This document shows positions 25,400-39,106 of a stretch of 64,000 bases of DNA, piece after piece; position 1 is the stretch's first letter; each line of letters opens with the position of its first letter. The position numbers were made by a program, and so were the translations under genes. This DNA is from Eledone cirrhosa (lineage: Eukaryota): positions 26,598,001 through 26,662,000 of the forward strand of contig OZ024748.1 in NCBI GenBank assembly GCA_964016885.1. Direction: 5' to 3'. A model generated the notes under the pieces. That model saw only the letters and a program-made list of their open reading frames with translations, made no database searches and had not been told where the DNA came from.

Positions 25400-26365
25400 T
25401 ACTCTAAGTTCTACAAGAAAGGGATCTGTTGGCATGAGGAAGCTGCAGTTTTGCACACCCAGACTCTATGCAAAGCCAAAACCAACATGGGCAAACAACA
25501 CAGCACACAAGGTCACTGCCCAGGAAGTATGCTGAGGTTTCACATACTGCCCCGATGAAGAAGAGACAGTATGTGGAAGCAGTACAGACAGTAGCTGTGG
25601 AATAACAGTCTTTTTTAAACATGGTGGAAAAGATTATGAGGCAGCTGACTTGGCTTCTTCAAATACAAAGCCAAAGTCAGTCATATCAACACTCACGACC
25701 ACCACAAATAAAGGACCTAGGGTGGCCACGACTGTACCCATGCAAATACCATATCAGTGACCACCACTGACACCCAAAATGTCACATTAGTGCTACTACT
25801 AAATGTTGGAGGCCTGGTAAAACTGACCAATGTGTAAGATCCCCTACCTAAGAGACCTAGGCACCAGCACCCAAGCAATATCCATGGCACTAACTGAAAC
25901 TCATCTGACAGCTAGCATAGCAGATGTGGAGATACACATACCAAAGTATGTTGTAATTCGTATTGACAGGAGGGAGAGAGCTCATGGTGGAGTTGCTTGG
26001 TACATCATTAGTATTGTTGTCACATCATTAGTACTGTTGTCACATTCCAGCCTCTGTCTGTGACACACTAATAGTACATGTGAAGCAACTCAAAATGATA
26101 ATATGTCTCACATATCAACCACCAGATGCCCTCAGACATGAGGACAAGTTTGAAAATAGCCTTAGAAAGATTGGACCAGAGTCTCAACAGCCTGTTGCTA
26201 GGAGATTTTAACATCCTCAAAGTCAAATGGCTCAAAGGCCCTGTCTCCTTCTCAGAAATTACGGTACTTGAATAAAGGCAGACAGAATCCTTGTTAGACC
26301 TTACAAACACACTCTTCATGGAACAAATGGTACTTCATCCAACAAGAGATGAGAATACCCTGGGT
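25400..26365 (+). mobile_element. Degraded CR1/L2-group LINE 5' part (ORF1 CCCH-like finger plus APE endonuclease)
   Basis: KFYKKGICWH..SCSFAHP (CCCH-like), LLLNVGGL, ALTETHL, IRIDRRERAHGGVAWYI, LLLGDFN, EQMVLHPTRDENTL (APE motifs), with stops and frameshifts. Confidence 0.75.
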
Positions 26366-26414
26366 TTTCATGTTTTGTTTTTGGCAAACATCCCTTTTTC
26401 AAAGTTCTTATAAC

Positions 26415-26680
26415 TTAGTAGTTAGGGTGTTGGTCCCATAATCATACAGCTGTGGAGTTGATCCCTGGACCAAATAGTGTCCTTCAGCAAGACACTTTAT
26501 TTCCCATTGTTTCAGTCCATTCAGCTGAAAAAAAAACAACTGTAAGTACCAATAGCAGCTGAGAACCTTACAATGGACTAATGTCCTATCCCAGTTGGAA
26601 GTCTCACACTCAAAATCCCTTAACGGCTCATAAAGCAGGGATAATCTCTGGCCTGATGAACTACTAGGCTCTGAGATAGA
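26415..26680 (+). mobile_element. Degenerate SINE family B-related copy
   Basis: CTTAGTAGTTAG, GAGTTGATCCC, GTCCTTCAGCAAGACACTTTATTTC match the 13559 head. Confidence 0.55.
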
Positions 26681-26811
26681 CTTTAGATTTAGGCTGAACT
26701 ATGGCAAATACAGAATATAATCATAAAGATGACGTTGATGATGATGACAATGGTGATGATGATGTCAATGATTCCATTAATGATTATGGAGATCATTAAT
26801 ATTGCTGGTGA

Positions 26812-26843
<32 letters not shown>

Positions 26844-28881
26844 TTTGAGTCTCAGTCATTGATGTTAGTTAACTGGAAAGTTTGTTGAAATGAATATCAA
26901 GCCACTACCTGCAGCCTCAGATATTCAGGACGTATCGGAGGGTTCTTGCTGTTCCCAGCAAGCATGCTTTTTGAAGCGTTCCAAAAAGCGTGAAGGGGCC
27001 AATTTTCTTTAACCATCCCTGGAAACTTTTTGAGATAGTACCTAGTGCGCCTATGACAATCGGGACCACTTTGACTTCATGGCAGTTCCAAATCCTTTTT
27101 ACCTCCCACTTTAAGTCCTGGTATCGGTTAATTTTCTCCCTCTCCTTCTCTTGCACTCTTGTGTCGAATGGGCAGGCCACATCCACAATCAGGCACGATC
27201 TTTTTTCTTTGTCCAAAACCACCAGGTCAGGTCTATTGTGTTCCAGTTTCTTGTCCGTCTGTATCCTAAAATCCCACAGCATCTTCACCTGATCGTTTTC
27301 TATCACCGACTCTGGCTTATGCTCATACCACTTCTCAGAATGTGGTAAATTGTTTACTTTGCATAGGTGCCAGTGGATCACCCTGCCCATCACATCATGT
27401 CTCCAGCCCTTATAGTGAGTCTGGGCTAGGTGTTTACACTCGGATACAATGTGAGCCACAGTCTCCTCTCTCTCTCCACAGATCCTGCACAGTGGGCTAG
27501 CCTCCTCCTTGTAAATATGGTGATCCAACCACTTCGTTTTGAGGGCCTGCTCTTGCGCAGCCATTAACATTCCTTCTGTAGCCTTTTTAAGGTCTCCTCT
27601 TTTCAACCAGTTCCATGTCTGTGTATCTCTAAATTCAGTTTTCTCAAAGAAGGTACTATGAAGGGATTTTTCCTGAAGGCTGCTCTTTCTCCTTGTTGTT
27701 ATTTCCTCCCTGGACATCCCCTCGTCTATTGTCCTCTCCTTCAGTACAGTTCTGAGCATTGGCTCCTTACTATCAGTCACGTATTTGTGTAGGTTGTTTT
27801 TCTCCATCTGAACACAGTCCTCTATGCTGATAAGACCTCTTCCACCTTCAGATCTCCTTAAGTAGAGTCTATCGACATCACTCCTCTTGTGGAACATGTT
27901 GTAGATAGTCAATAATTTCCTAGTCTTCCTATCCATTTCTTTTTGTTCAGCAACATTCCATCTCAGAATTCCCGCACTGTACCTAATAATAGACACAGCT
28001 CGGAAATTTACTGCACTTATGGCATTCCTACTGTTCAGATGTGACTTTAATACGCTCCTTACTCTCCGAATGTATTCAGTTCTTATCAATTCCTTCATTT
28101 TTTTGTTCTTGATGTCATCAGCCTCCAGAACACCCAAATACTTGTATCCTTCTTCAGTGTCAATTTCCTTTATCATCTCACCTGTTGGTACCTGGATTCC
28201 GTTGCTTCTGCTCAATTTACCCCTCTTCATCACAAGGACTCCACACTTACTAATACCAAATTGCATACATATATCATTGCTGAAAATACGGACAGTGTCA
28301 ACAAGCACATCCAACTCCTTCTCGCTCTTCCCGAAGAGCTTAAGATCGTCCATGAAGAGGAGGTGATTGATGGTAAGCTCTCCCTTTCCCAACTTGTATC
28401 CTGCTCTCACTTTTCGCAGTATAATGGTCAGGGGCATCAGGGCAAGGACAAACAACAGAGGGGACAGACTATCTCCCTGGAAGATATCTCTCTTGATCTT
28501 CACGCCTCCCAAGGATTCTCCAGCTGATGTTAACTCTGTTTCCCAGGACTTCATACTTTTGCCCAACAACTGTCTGATGTTATCTGCCACCTTGAAGATC
28601 TCTAGGCTTTTGGTGATCCAAGAATGAGGCACCATGTCAAATGCCTTTTTGTAGTCTATCCATCCCATGGCAAGACCAGTGTGTCTCCTCTTGCAATTCC
28701 TCATTACCATCTTATCAATAAGTAACTGGTCCTTTGTACCACGGGACTTCTTTCGGCATCCTTTCTGTTCGTCCGGCCGGTAACAAGCTGTTTGTGTGGA
28801 GGTGATGGTAGATTTCCTCAGACATAATGCTTGTCAACAGTTTCCACATTACGGACAGACATGTGATAGGTCTATAGTTGG
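26844..28881 (-). mobile_element. 5'-truncated R4/Dong-like non-LTR retrotransposon inserted in a (TAA)n microsatellite
   Basis: Flanked by (ATT)n on both sides (26812-26843, 28882-28906). Begins at NYRPITCL with one CCGG-duplication frameshift near 28775. Confidence 0.9.
26917..28710 (-). CDS. RT + CCHC zinc knuckle + restriction-like endonuclease ORF (partial) of the R4/Dong-like element
   Basis: [68 protein letters not shown]...IVDVACP...KINRY. 597 codons without a stop. Confidence 0.9.
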   Translation of the reverse strand: MVMRNCKRRHTGLAMGWIDYKKAFDMVPHSWITKSLEIFKVADNIRQLLGKSMKSWETELTSAGESLGGVKIKRDIFQGDSLSPLLFVLALMPLTIILRKVRAGYKLGKGELTINHLLFMDDLKLFGKSEKELDVLVDTVRIFSNDICMQFGISKCGVLVMKRGKLSRSNGIQVPTGEMIKEIDTEEGYKYLGVLEADDIKNKKMKELIRTEYIRRVRSVLKSHLNSRNAISAVNFRAVSIIRYSAGILRWNVAEQKEMDRKTRKLLTIYNMFHKRSDVDRLYLRRSEGGRGLISIEDCVQMEKNNLHKYVTDSKEPMLRTVLKERTIDEGMSREEITTRRKSSLQEKSLHSTFFEKTEFRDTQTWNWLKRGDLKKATEGMLMAAQEQALKTKWLDHHIYKEEASPLCRICGEREETVAHIVSECKHLAQTHYKGWRHDVMGRVIHWHLCKVNNLPHSEKWYEHKPESVIENDQVKMLWDFRIQTDKKLEHNRPDLVVLDKEKRSCLIVDVACPFDTRVQEKEREKINRYQDLKWEVKRIWNCHEVKVVPIVIGALGTISKSFQGWLKKIGPFTLFGTLQKACLLGTARTLRYVLNI

Positions 28882-29411
28882 TATTATTATTATTATTATT
28901 ATTATTGCCACTGCTGTTGTTTATTCTGCTTAGTTGAATAAATAAAATCAGATGATAAAGTTACAGAACTTCATCTATTTATCTGTTTGTTTATTTAGTC
29001 AGTTAGTTACTTATGAAAGTATGCTTGACTTTTAAACAACTTTTCCTCCATTATTACTGTACACACACCACCACCACCACCACCACCACCACCACCACCA
29101 TCATCACCACCACCATCACTACCACCATAATTGCTAGACATACTAAAACAATAAAACAACAACAAAGAAACAACAGACCAAAACTAAAATCTTTCCACCA
29201 CCACCCAATCACCCTTCTTCCCCTAAAAGGCAGAGAAAGAAAAACATTAGATTCTGAGGTTCTTTAGAATTAATAAACAAAGACATAATTTATATGTGGT
29301 GGAACCATCTACGTACACACACATACATACTTACATACACACATATGCACATGTATACGCACATATAAATACACACAATACACACATATATATGTGTGTG
29401 TATATTTATAT

Positions 29412-29444
<33 letters not shown>

Positions 29445-29461
29445 CATACATATATATATAT

Positions 29462-29843
29462 ATATTGTTATACTTTGGGAGGGTCATGTTGCCAATAAAA
29501 ACACACGCACCTGTTGTCTGTCACTTCAATTTATTATATATTTCCGGTTGGTTGGTGGATTCGATAACTGGATGGTTGTTTATATATTGTCAAAGCTCTT
29601 TCATCACACATTCCGTGACCTCCTCAGTGACTAGGTTTTTATTTTATGTCCCTCCTTTGTTCTGACAGAACAAAGGAGGGACACAAAAAAAAATGTGTGA
29701 TGAAAGAGCTTTGACAATACATAAACAACCATCCGGTTATCGAACCAACCAACCAACCCGAAATTTATAATAAATTGAAATGAAAACCAACAGGTGTGTG
29801 TGTTTTTATCAGCAGCAATGACCCTCCCAAAGTATAACAATAT
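29462..29843. repeat. About 380-bp imperfect palindrome (fold-back element)
   Basis: Arms of about 150 bp (ATATTGTTATACTTTGGGAGGGTCAT... / ...ATGACCCTCCCAAAGTATAACAATAT) plus an inner perfect 18-bp hairpin at 29647-29683. Confidence 0.85.
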
Positions 29844-29992
29844 TCAACACACGTTTTCAGATAAGAAATCTTGCAAAACAAATTCAAAAACGAAATATAT
29901 ATATATTCTTTTACTGATTTTAACACCTTTATTAACACCATTTTTAGATAATAATATTGACCCCAGTACTTATTTTTCAAGCTTGGTACTTA

Positions 29993-30431
29993 CTGTGCAT
30001 ACTTGTATATAAGCCGAGCAATATATAACAAACAATTGATCGTAAAATAGGGAGTCAGCTTATATTCAAGGTCAATATTTTGCCAATTTTCACCAACTTC
30101 AAAATTCTATGTAAATTACACCGGTTTCACCTCCGTCTGTATTTCCTATTGATTTTTATGCTTTGAATGTTCAAAACAGTCGGAAATTGGTAAAAACAAT
30201 TATTACATAATGGAGTTGTGAAACAAAAACTACACACGAAACGATGCTTAAAACATTTTAAATATTAATATTAATACTTCAGAAATATATTCTCCACTCA
30301 TGAGAATTTCAAAACTGCACCATCTAAGCATAATGCGTTGATTACCCCCCTTGGCTTATAAACGGGGTTTGGATTTTTTACCTATTTCTCAGACATAAAA
30401 GAGGGGTCGACTTATATTTGAGTATATAGGG
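29993..30431. mobile_element. Tc1/mariner-superfamily (Tc2/pogo-like) non-autonomous element
   Basis: TA-flanked degenerate TIRs CTGTGCATACTTGTATATAAGCCGA / TCGACTTATATTTGAGTATATAGG, with internal GCTTATA subterminal repeats. Confidence 0.6.
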
Positions 30432-30947
30432 TACTTTATCAATCTCTGTTTTGTTGTATCACTAATATATGGCAGAAAACACAGACAAATACTCATATAT
30501 AACCCACCACCACACACACATATACCATCAAATATATATATATGTATATAAACACACAAACATGTCTTCACTGTTTTAGCCACCCTTACTAAAGGTCATG
30601 CTGGAGCACCAACTTCAGTGTGAACTGTTCTCTATTTTCTGAATGTAGACATTTTGCTTCTTCTTAAGATTCCCCAACAAATCTACTTCTAACAGATTTA
30701 ACCTCTCTGTAGAGACAACCATAAATCTGTGAGAAAGAGATGTCTTTTTAGATTTTCTATTTTTTTTTTTTTGTGGCTTCAGACTAGAAAACTTCTCTCC
30801 ATACTACACATTGAGAGTTCTGTTATTTTCTGAGCTGATAAAGAAGGACGTTTTAGTGGGGGTTTTTTTAAATCAAATTGTGTGCTAGGTGCATCATGTT
30901 GATAAGAAAAAAGTCAAATGTGTTATATTTACATATAGGTTGTGTGG

Positions 30948-31085
30948 TTAGTTGGTACATAAAGAGAAGGATGTCTTGGGAGTTAGTTGGTACATAAAGA
31001 GAAGGATGTCTTGGGAGTTAGTTGGTACATAGAGAGGAGGATGTCTTGGGAGTTAGTTGGTACGTAAAGAGAAGGATGTCTTGGA
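30948..31085. repeat. 35-bp tandem repeat TTAGTTGGTACATAAAGAGAAGGATGTCTTGGGAG
   Basis: 4 copies. Confidence 0.9.
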
Positions 31086-31769
31086 TGAGGGATATTTATT
31101 AGTGTCAAGATGACCATCCTCTTGTCCTGTAAGCCATTATATTTCCAAGAAGGCAGGTGTTAATAGTGCAGGTGTGTGACACCCCCCCCCCCCCCCCCCA
31201 CCACCACCCCGCCACACCCACCCACACCCACTGTTTAGTGTGTCTGCTGTTACTTCCATACTATGGTTTTGTTCTCTGTGTTTTCCTAACGACTTTAACA
31301 TCATCATCATCACCATCATTTTGGCATCCCTTGCATGAGTTTATCAAGTCCTCTCCTGCACAGTTTCCCTCACTTGTTTCTTTCCTTAGGTTCAGCATCC
31401 ATATATTACATGGAAAGCAGACAGAAATTGATGATGATAGTGGTGTCTGTGTGTATGCATGCATATGAGTGTGTGAGTGTGTGCACATGTGTGTGTGTAC
31501 ATATGTGTATGTATAAACATAACCTACCATTAATCATAGTGTTTCTCTAAACCACATGCTGTATATTAAAGAATAAAAAAAAGGGGGCAGGCGGCCATTC
31601 CCAGGGTAAAGATCTGTTTCTCAAGATCTTCAATAATTTCATTTTAAGATCTTGACTAAAAAGAAAGACTTCCACCCCAATACATTATCATTGTTTAACG
31701 TCCATTTTCCATGCTAGCTGGGTTAATCAGAACTAAATGTTAAATATATTGTAAAGTACCAACAATCTT

Positions 31770-32195
31770 CTTCTTTGCTCACTTATTCCTGAGAGGGTCA
31801 AGAGGGCAAAGTCCTCAAACACTCCTTCTAGCAGGTCCTGTCAGAAGCAACTGTCTCCAACTGATCTGGTTGGATCTCCAAGGGACACCAGCCAAGCTCA
31901 TGGATGTTCTTGCGAACCATCTTGCTCGAGGTCTACCTCTGGGTCTCTTTGCCAATTGGTTTTGCCCATAAAATCTGTCCAGCAATTCTTTCCTGAGACA
32001 TTCTAACCGCATGTCGGTTAGCTGTGATTTCTCAATTCAGAGAAGCAGTGGCTCAAAATGGAGTGACTCTCTGGTCTCCAAGCTATGCACTCTATTGAGT
32101 AATGCTACTCCAAAGAGCCTTTGGAGGAACCCCATTTCAGTTACTTGTATTCAGGATCATATTCTTTCCGTCATTATCTAAGATTCATGACAGTA
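31770..32195 (-). mobile_element. Degraded 3' end of a second RTE-like LINE family
   Basis: KRPRGRPRARW motif. Homologous plus-strand fragments at about 2150-2212 and 33455-33580 (GCTTCTGACA...GGAATGAGT...TTGAGGA). Confidence 0.65.
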
Positions 32196-32637
32196 AATGT
32201 AAAATATAAAATAAAGTAAATGCTGAATATATTGTAAAGTAAACAGAGAGATTGTAGGAGAAAATCATGGTGGCCTGAATCAGAAATGACTGAGTTTAAA
32301 CAGTTCAAACATGCAATAAACTGGTTTGCTACGAGAAAAACAATTTATTTCATTTTTAAAAGTTGTTTTTAAAATATATTCTAGCAACTCTGTAGCCTTC
32401 ATTGAGTTGGAAATGTAAGGGAAATGATACCAAGATGAGACCTAATAGATTGGATACTGGTACAAAATACTGATGCTCTATAGAAGTTCTGGGTTTAATA
32501 GGACATCTTCAAGTCCCAAGTACTTCTTGAAAATGTCATTCATCATTTGGAATTTGTTGCTCACTGCATTTTTGAACTTTACTAACTAATTTGTCTCTCC
32601 TCTCATCATACATTCTAGATGTCTACATCATCTACAC

Positions 32638-32942
32638 TAGTGGTCTCTTTTTTATACCACGGACCGGCTTCATGCCGGACAATCTTTCCGCAGACTGGTA
32701 GTTGCACATATGTGTTATTTAAGTGCATTTTGATAAAGAGAGCAGTAATAAAAAGAGCAATTTATTAAAGTGAAGAAAAAGTGTATAATATTTTGACTCT
32801 TATGTAAATCTTTTAAAATTAAAGTCTAATATTCAATTTATCTATTATATAATTTTAAACAAGTTAATTATTTCTTTGCGGCCTGGTAGCAGATAATCTA
32901 CGGACCGGTACCCGTCCACGGCCTGGCGGTTGGGGACCTCTG
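32638..32942. mobile_element. hAT (Charlie/Buster-like) MITE
   Basis: Right end CGGACCGGTACCCGTCCACGGCCTGGCGGTTGGGGACCTCTG and degenerate left end TAGTGGTCTC. 8-bp TSD ATCTACAC / ATCAACAC. Confidence 0.7.
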
Positions 32943-33240
32943 ATCAACACCACTCCACAATAGCTAGAATACCCATTCCTTCTTCCACGGGACATTGGTC
33001 CCTCTGGAACTTCCTCCCTATCCATGTTTTTCATGCAGCCTTGCATTTTTTCAATAGAAATAGTATCATGTTGACCTCACTGATGTGAAAAAGAGGAATG
33101 TCTATAAACGTCATAAGCAGGGTCCTGACTTCCAAACTAAACCAATATAAAGTTCAGAAACATTCTTTGGCTCATCACAAATAGAGATTTTCATTGACAC
33201 AGGATCCATTTGCTTATGTTAAGGAAATCTTTAACCCTTT

Positions 33241-33406
33241 CGGTGAATTGGCAGTATCTGTAGAGAGTCGGACACCATGCTTTGAAGCATAGAGTTACGT
33301 CCCTTTATGATCTGAGTTCAAATCCCGCCAAGGTTAACTTTGCCTTTCATCCTTATGGGATCGATAAAATAAAGTACCAGTAATGTACTGGGTAAGTGCT
33401 GGCCTT
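33241..33406 (+). mobile_element. tRNA-derived SINE family A
   Basis: A/B boxes and core, 3' end truncated. Confidence 0.8.
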
Positions 33407-35121
33407 TATATATTTCTAATGAATCCTACAGCTTATGATTTGTAAATTATTGCTTTGCTGGTCTCGCTTGGGGATCCACCAAGATCAATTAGAAATGGTT
33501 GCTTCTGACAAGTTCTGGTGGAATGAGTGTTTGAGGAATCTGTCCCCATGACCCTCCCAGATGTAAGAAGAAGAAGAACAAGGGGGAGGAGGAGGATGTG
33601 TTGGTGGTGATGATGATGATGATGGTTTTGAAAATAATCAAGAATTTGAAAAGATTTAGTAATGTGATTTAACTTTCCATTATTAAATTGGTGTTTGAAA
33701 CATAAGCCAACAAAAGTTCTTACATAACATTATGATGGAAGGTCTTAGTTAAAATATAAATACTTCTTCTATATCTCTTTCTTACTTCCTCTCTCTCACT
33801 TTCTATCCTTCTCTGGAAGAAATCTGCTGTGTTCAGACCTGGAGAGGGACAGGCTTAAAATGCCCAAGAAACACCATATGCCACTACGGTGCCCCCACCA
33901 TTCCTTCAAGAGTTGCGGGGGGAGGGGCATATCATACCATAAACACTTTAAACAGCTTTGTATGAGAGAAGCAGGCAAGGTTTCAGACAGTTTGGTGTCA
34001 AAAGAGTTAAAGGTTAAGAGTTTCAGGCAACAAAATAGACCATCAAACAACTTCAGTCTGTAAATAGAACAGCGGAAATAGGCAAACTATTTTGAAAGTT
34101 AAATTCTATACAGTTGTTGATGTATAAATTAAAATGGTGGAACTTTCTGTCTTAGAAACCAATCCCTTAGTCCTCCCTATCCCCACCCCCACCAACTACT
34201 TCTTTATTGGTTGGATGTGTAGAATTAAGAAAATAGTCATGTCACATACATACATCATACACACATGTCACATACATATACACATGTCACATACATACAT
34301 CATACACACACATGCTACATACATACACACATCGCATACATACACTTACACATATCATACACACATGCACGTCACATACAAACACATACATACATCATTC
34401 ACACACACATGCTACATACACACACATTTATTTACTCTAAAGTTCTGACTTCTCTTTTACTTTGTTCATAGTATTACCTTGTACGTAGTAACACTTACAA
34501 CAACCCAGTGTTATATATATACATATATATGTAATGATGATGATGATATATATAGTTTTATATATATATATATGTGTGTGTGTATGTGTAATACAAACAT
34601 TTAACATCTAACCCATTCCCTATTTCTTCTCTTACACAAACACACACACACACACATATACATACATACACAAACACATACATATACATACATACAAAAA
34701 CACACATATACATATACATACACATATACATAAACACACACGCATATATGTGAACAATATTTCTAAAGAAAATCCCCCTCCACCCCCTTACACTCACTAC
34801 CAAACTCCCAATGATTTCAACATGGAGTCTTTGAAGAAAGTTTAATCTTGAAGAAAAGAAAGCCCAAGTGTAAATTAAAAGACTGAAATAACAGCAAATG
34901 CCAGCATATAATCAATCATCATCACTATTAAGAGTTTTAGAAGACTGAAATAACACCAAAATTAGCCATATCATAATCATCATCATCATCATCATCATCA
35001 TTGTTGTCCTCCTCACTATCACCACCATCATCATCATCATCTTCACTATCACCATCATAACCATGTCCATCATTAGTGCCACAATCATCATCATCATCAT
35101 CATCAATTAGTTTTAGCTTAA

Positions 35122-35331
35122 CCCTTTAGCATTCACATTACTCTATATATACTATTATATTTTCATGGTAAAGGCTTTATCTCACATAATTATCTCACAT
35201 AATATCGAATCTATGAGATTTTGAAAGTATTTATTTTGAGAACAAAACCGTAACATTAGTTTGAGCGACCAGTTACAGCCAGTTTCAACAGAAACAGGTA
35301 AAGAATTCTGGCCGGTTTTAACATTAAAGGG
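35122..35331. mobile_element. piggyBac-type MITE
   Basis: TTAA|CCCTTTAGCATT ... AACATTAAAGGG|TTAA (CCC/GGG termini with TTAA TSD). Confidence 0.65.
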
Positions 35332-35872
35332 TTAAATATAAAAAAAAAAAATTAATATCTTCTCATTGTGTGCACAAGTTTCTGTGTGTGCGTGTGTGCG
35401 TGCGTGTGTGTCTGTGTGTGTGCATGTGTATCAGTCACTTGAATGTGACATTGAAATTATTGTAAAAAGGCTGTGATGACATTTGTCTTTTATGTCACCA
35501 TTGGCAGCATTTGAGACTCAATAAAAATGTTAAGGGTTTGTACTATACTTAGAATAAAGTGTGTTAGTATGAGGAAGGGAAACATGTTGCAGAAAACCTG
35601 CCAGTAAAGAGATCTTGGTTAACCCATGCAAGCATGGAAACACGTGTAAAAGTAATGATTGTATATATGTGTACTAGCATAGTAATAGTAAAAAATAAAA
35701 TAAAAATAAAATAAAAATAAAATAAAATGTATTTATTACATTTATTACAACATTCTATATAAAGGTGTTTGATTATCCTTCTCACTTTGACCATTGCAAT
35801 ATTTCATTTTACATTCATTTAAATCAATGACAATAATACCTTCTGTGTTACTATTAAAGTGGTTATCGCGTG

Positions 35873-36412
35873 TAGGACGGATCCAGCTATCAGCAGAGAA
35901 TTGCCCCGCCCTCTTCCTTTAGCTGGGAAGGGCAGGCAGTTTTTTATCTGTCTGGTGGCCATGGCGAAAGAGATAGTATGGTGGACACGTTTGAAAGGGC
36001 TGAAGACGAGCACTTACCTCTTCGGTGATGCCCTGATTAACTTTTTCAAATTTCATTTGAAAAGGAAAATCAGGGTAGAGAGGGAAGTGCTCTCTTCCCA
36101 GCATTTTGTTGAAAGATGGGTGAGAGAGGCAAGAATGGCCCGAGTATGTGTCTGTAAATAAAGGTGGAAAACTGGGAGAGGGCATTTTCCCTGGTGGTCA
36201 GAGTCACTGTGGCTTTTTAATGGGCTTTCTCCACGAATGTCCCTCAGAAGTCTCCCCCCTATTGGGGAATATTTTCATTGTTCTATTATTACATCCTCTG
36301 TTTTTGGGGTTTTTTTTACACGCAGAAATGCCCTTTTGTACCGTCCTGTATTGTCCTGTACTGTCCTTAATGTCTACTTTGTGAAAACCCTTGTGGTTAA
36401 TAAAGAAAGCAT
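35873..36412 (+). mobile_element. 5'-truncated Tx1/L1-like LINE 3' end
   Basis: FICLVAMAKEIVWWTR...FHLKRKIRVERE...FVERW resembles the Tx1-type C-terminus. AATAAA at 36399. 21-bp TSD TATTAAAGTGGTT(A/G)TC(G/A)CGTG at 35852-35872 and 36413-36433. Confidence 0.65.
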
Positions 36413-36485
36413 TATTAAAGTGGTTGTCACGTGATCTTAGGTTTTATTATTTTTATTATAATTATATTATTATAATAATAAAAAA

Positions 36486-36672
36486 GGCGGTGAATTGGCA
36501 GTATCGGTAGAGGGTTGGACGCCATGCTTTCTAGCATAGTTATGTCCCTTTACGGTCTGAGTTCAAAACCCACCAAGGTTAACTTTGCCTTTCATCCTTA
36601 CAGGGTCGATAAAATAAAGTACCAGTAATGCACTGGGTAATTGCTGGCCTTATGCCTAAAGTAGAAATAATT
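36486..36672 (+). mobile_element. tRNA-derived SINE family A
   Basis: Full-length copy. Confidence 0.85.
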
Positions 36673-36849
36673 ATTTTTATTATAATTATATATATATAAT
36701 CAATAATTTTGAGAAAGCCTTTGTTTTTGTTTTTTTCTACTGCATTATACCGGCTTTTTGGAAATTATCAGTCTTGTTTTACATATCTCAAAATGCTCCG
36801 TATTAATTCAGTATATGTGTGTGTATATCCACCACCACCACCACCACTA

Positions 36850-37285
36850 TCATCATCATCATCATCATCATCATCGTTTAACGTCCATCTTCCACGCTAG
36901 CATGGGTTTGGACGGGAATTTTCCCACTTGATGCAACATTGGTTGTCTTGCTCGTATGGGACTGTCTGGCAAGTTTTCTATGGCTGGATGCCCTTCCTAA
37001 CACCAACCACGTTTACAGTGTGGACTGGGAGGTTTTTACCGTGTTACCTACATGCCCACATTACAGCGTGGACTGTGTTTTTTTTTGTCGTGACACCTAC
37101 ACGACCTCATTTGTTTCGGACTGGATGTTGTGGTACCAACATAACTTTACATTGAAAGGGGTGGTGTGGATGGGGTGGGGGTAGTGGGACGGGGGACGGG
37201 GGGTATTTTTTGTTAGAGGTACCTACTGACTGTAGGTTTCGCTTTGTACTTAGGCAAGGCAGGTCTTCTGTATTACTGCCTAAGT
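36850..37285 (-). mobile_element. RTE LINE 3'UTR and last codons
   Basis: Reverse complement of 47420-47970, lacking the internal 113-bp duplication. (CAT)n tail. Confidence 0.85.
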
Positions 37286-37288
37286 ACA

Positions 37289-37342
<54 letters not shown>

Positions 37343-37678
37343 TAAGACGATAGTATGGACGAAACAAGGGATTTGAACTCAGAATGTAAAGGGCCCCAAC
37401 TAAATACTACATATTTTGTAGTCCTGCCCTCTAATCACTCAGCCAATCTTGCACCCTAAATTAACAAACATTACAACCCACTTGCTCGACCTGCGAGAAA
37501 CAGCAGCCAAATCACCATCACATCACAGCTTGTAGGTTTAAATAAGGAATGCAACACAAGAACTCTTGCGATCCCCTCTCCCCTTTCCGTTCTTTTTCTT
37601 CTTTCTCTATATTTCCCTATTCTTTCTTTCCTTTTGTTTCCCCTTTTTTTAAATTATAGTTGTCATTATTTTTAAATA

Positions 37679-37872
37679 AGGTGGATTGGCAGTATCGGTA
37701 GAGGGTCAGACACCATGCTTTCCAGCATAGTTACGTCCCTTACCTTAACGATCTGAGTTCAAATCCCGCCGAGGTTAGCTTTGCCTTTCATCCTTACGGG
37801 GTCGATAAAATAAAGTGCCAGTAATGCACTGGGTAATTGCTGGCCTTGTGCCAAAAAGTAGAAACAATTATT
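37679..37872 (+). mobile_element. tRNA-derived SINE family A
   Basis: Full-length copy. Confidence 0.85.
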
Positions 37873-39026
37873 TTAAAATAAATATTTTATTTTTTGAAGA
37901 ATATACCAACCATAAATAACATTTTTCAATTTATGGAGGCTACAAAAAACATTTGACTACTTTATCTGTCCTTTTTCTTTTTTTCTCTCTATTTCTGATA
38001 TATAAAGGGCTTTAGATCCTTTCTGTTTGTTGTGACTTACCATGCCCCCTAAATAAAATTGGAGAGTCATGGATAGAATGTATTTGATCATGTGACAGCT
38101 GGATCAGGATTGACAACAACAACCTACTTATTTTTCATGGCCATCATTTTCATATTTACCCCAACTACCATTCCACTCCTAGACCCCCAGAGATTTATTT
38201 CTTTATTACTGCAGCTCCTCCCTCATTTACCACCATGGACCTGAAGACAGGGCAAGTATGGTGGTGGTGTAGGGGAGGGGGGGGGGGGGGGGAAGGGGGA
38301 AAGGTATACTAGAACATCAACAACATACTACCTAAAAAAAACCCTGCTCAGACAGGGATATACATCCTCTTTATTCCTGTTACTACTACTACTACTATCT
38401 ATCTATGCTTAAGACCCTTTTCCTCTATCTCACACACCCTGGCACCCCATATCACAGTGGGGTGGACCATCTTTTCGATTGCCATCTGGTCACACCCTGA
38501 TAACCTCTCATCTTCTGTAACAACCTCCACCCTTTCACCACTCATTACAACAGGGAGAAAGTGGGGGAGTTGTTTTCTTCAAGTTGTTGTTGTTTAGCCC
38601 CAGGTCAGCAACATATTGAGCAGATGTATGATGTTATTGGACCCCAAAACAGCTTTGAATATATTTAATACTTGGTGAAGATTAGTATACCGGGTTTAAT
38701 GGGTATATGAACAATCATACAAACTGTGAAATTTGTGTTTTGACGAATTAATGATTTGCATAGGAGAAACCCTATAGTTGATGTTGATTATTGACATGTG
38801 GAAGTGATTTGTGATATGAATGATATTTTAATAATTTATTTCTAAGATATAATTACTTAAATCTTCAGCATGTATTTACAGATGATATAAATGTATTATG
38901 AGTAATTTTGGAGAAATAACTATTTGCAGGAACAAATGTAGGGTTAGAATCTAGATCCTTGTAATTGGAAAGAAAACTTTTTATTGTAGCAAGCATGACA
39001 GACAGTAAATAAATATATATATATAG

Positions 39027-39106
<80 letters not shown>

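Noticed and set aside
38030-38062. Possible 8-nt micro-exon on the minus strand (TTTTATTTAG-GGGGCATG-GTAAGT), with other isolated donor-like sites at about 2768 and 45090
   Set aside because: Isolated splice-like motifs with no recognisable coding context. Needs RNA-seq.
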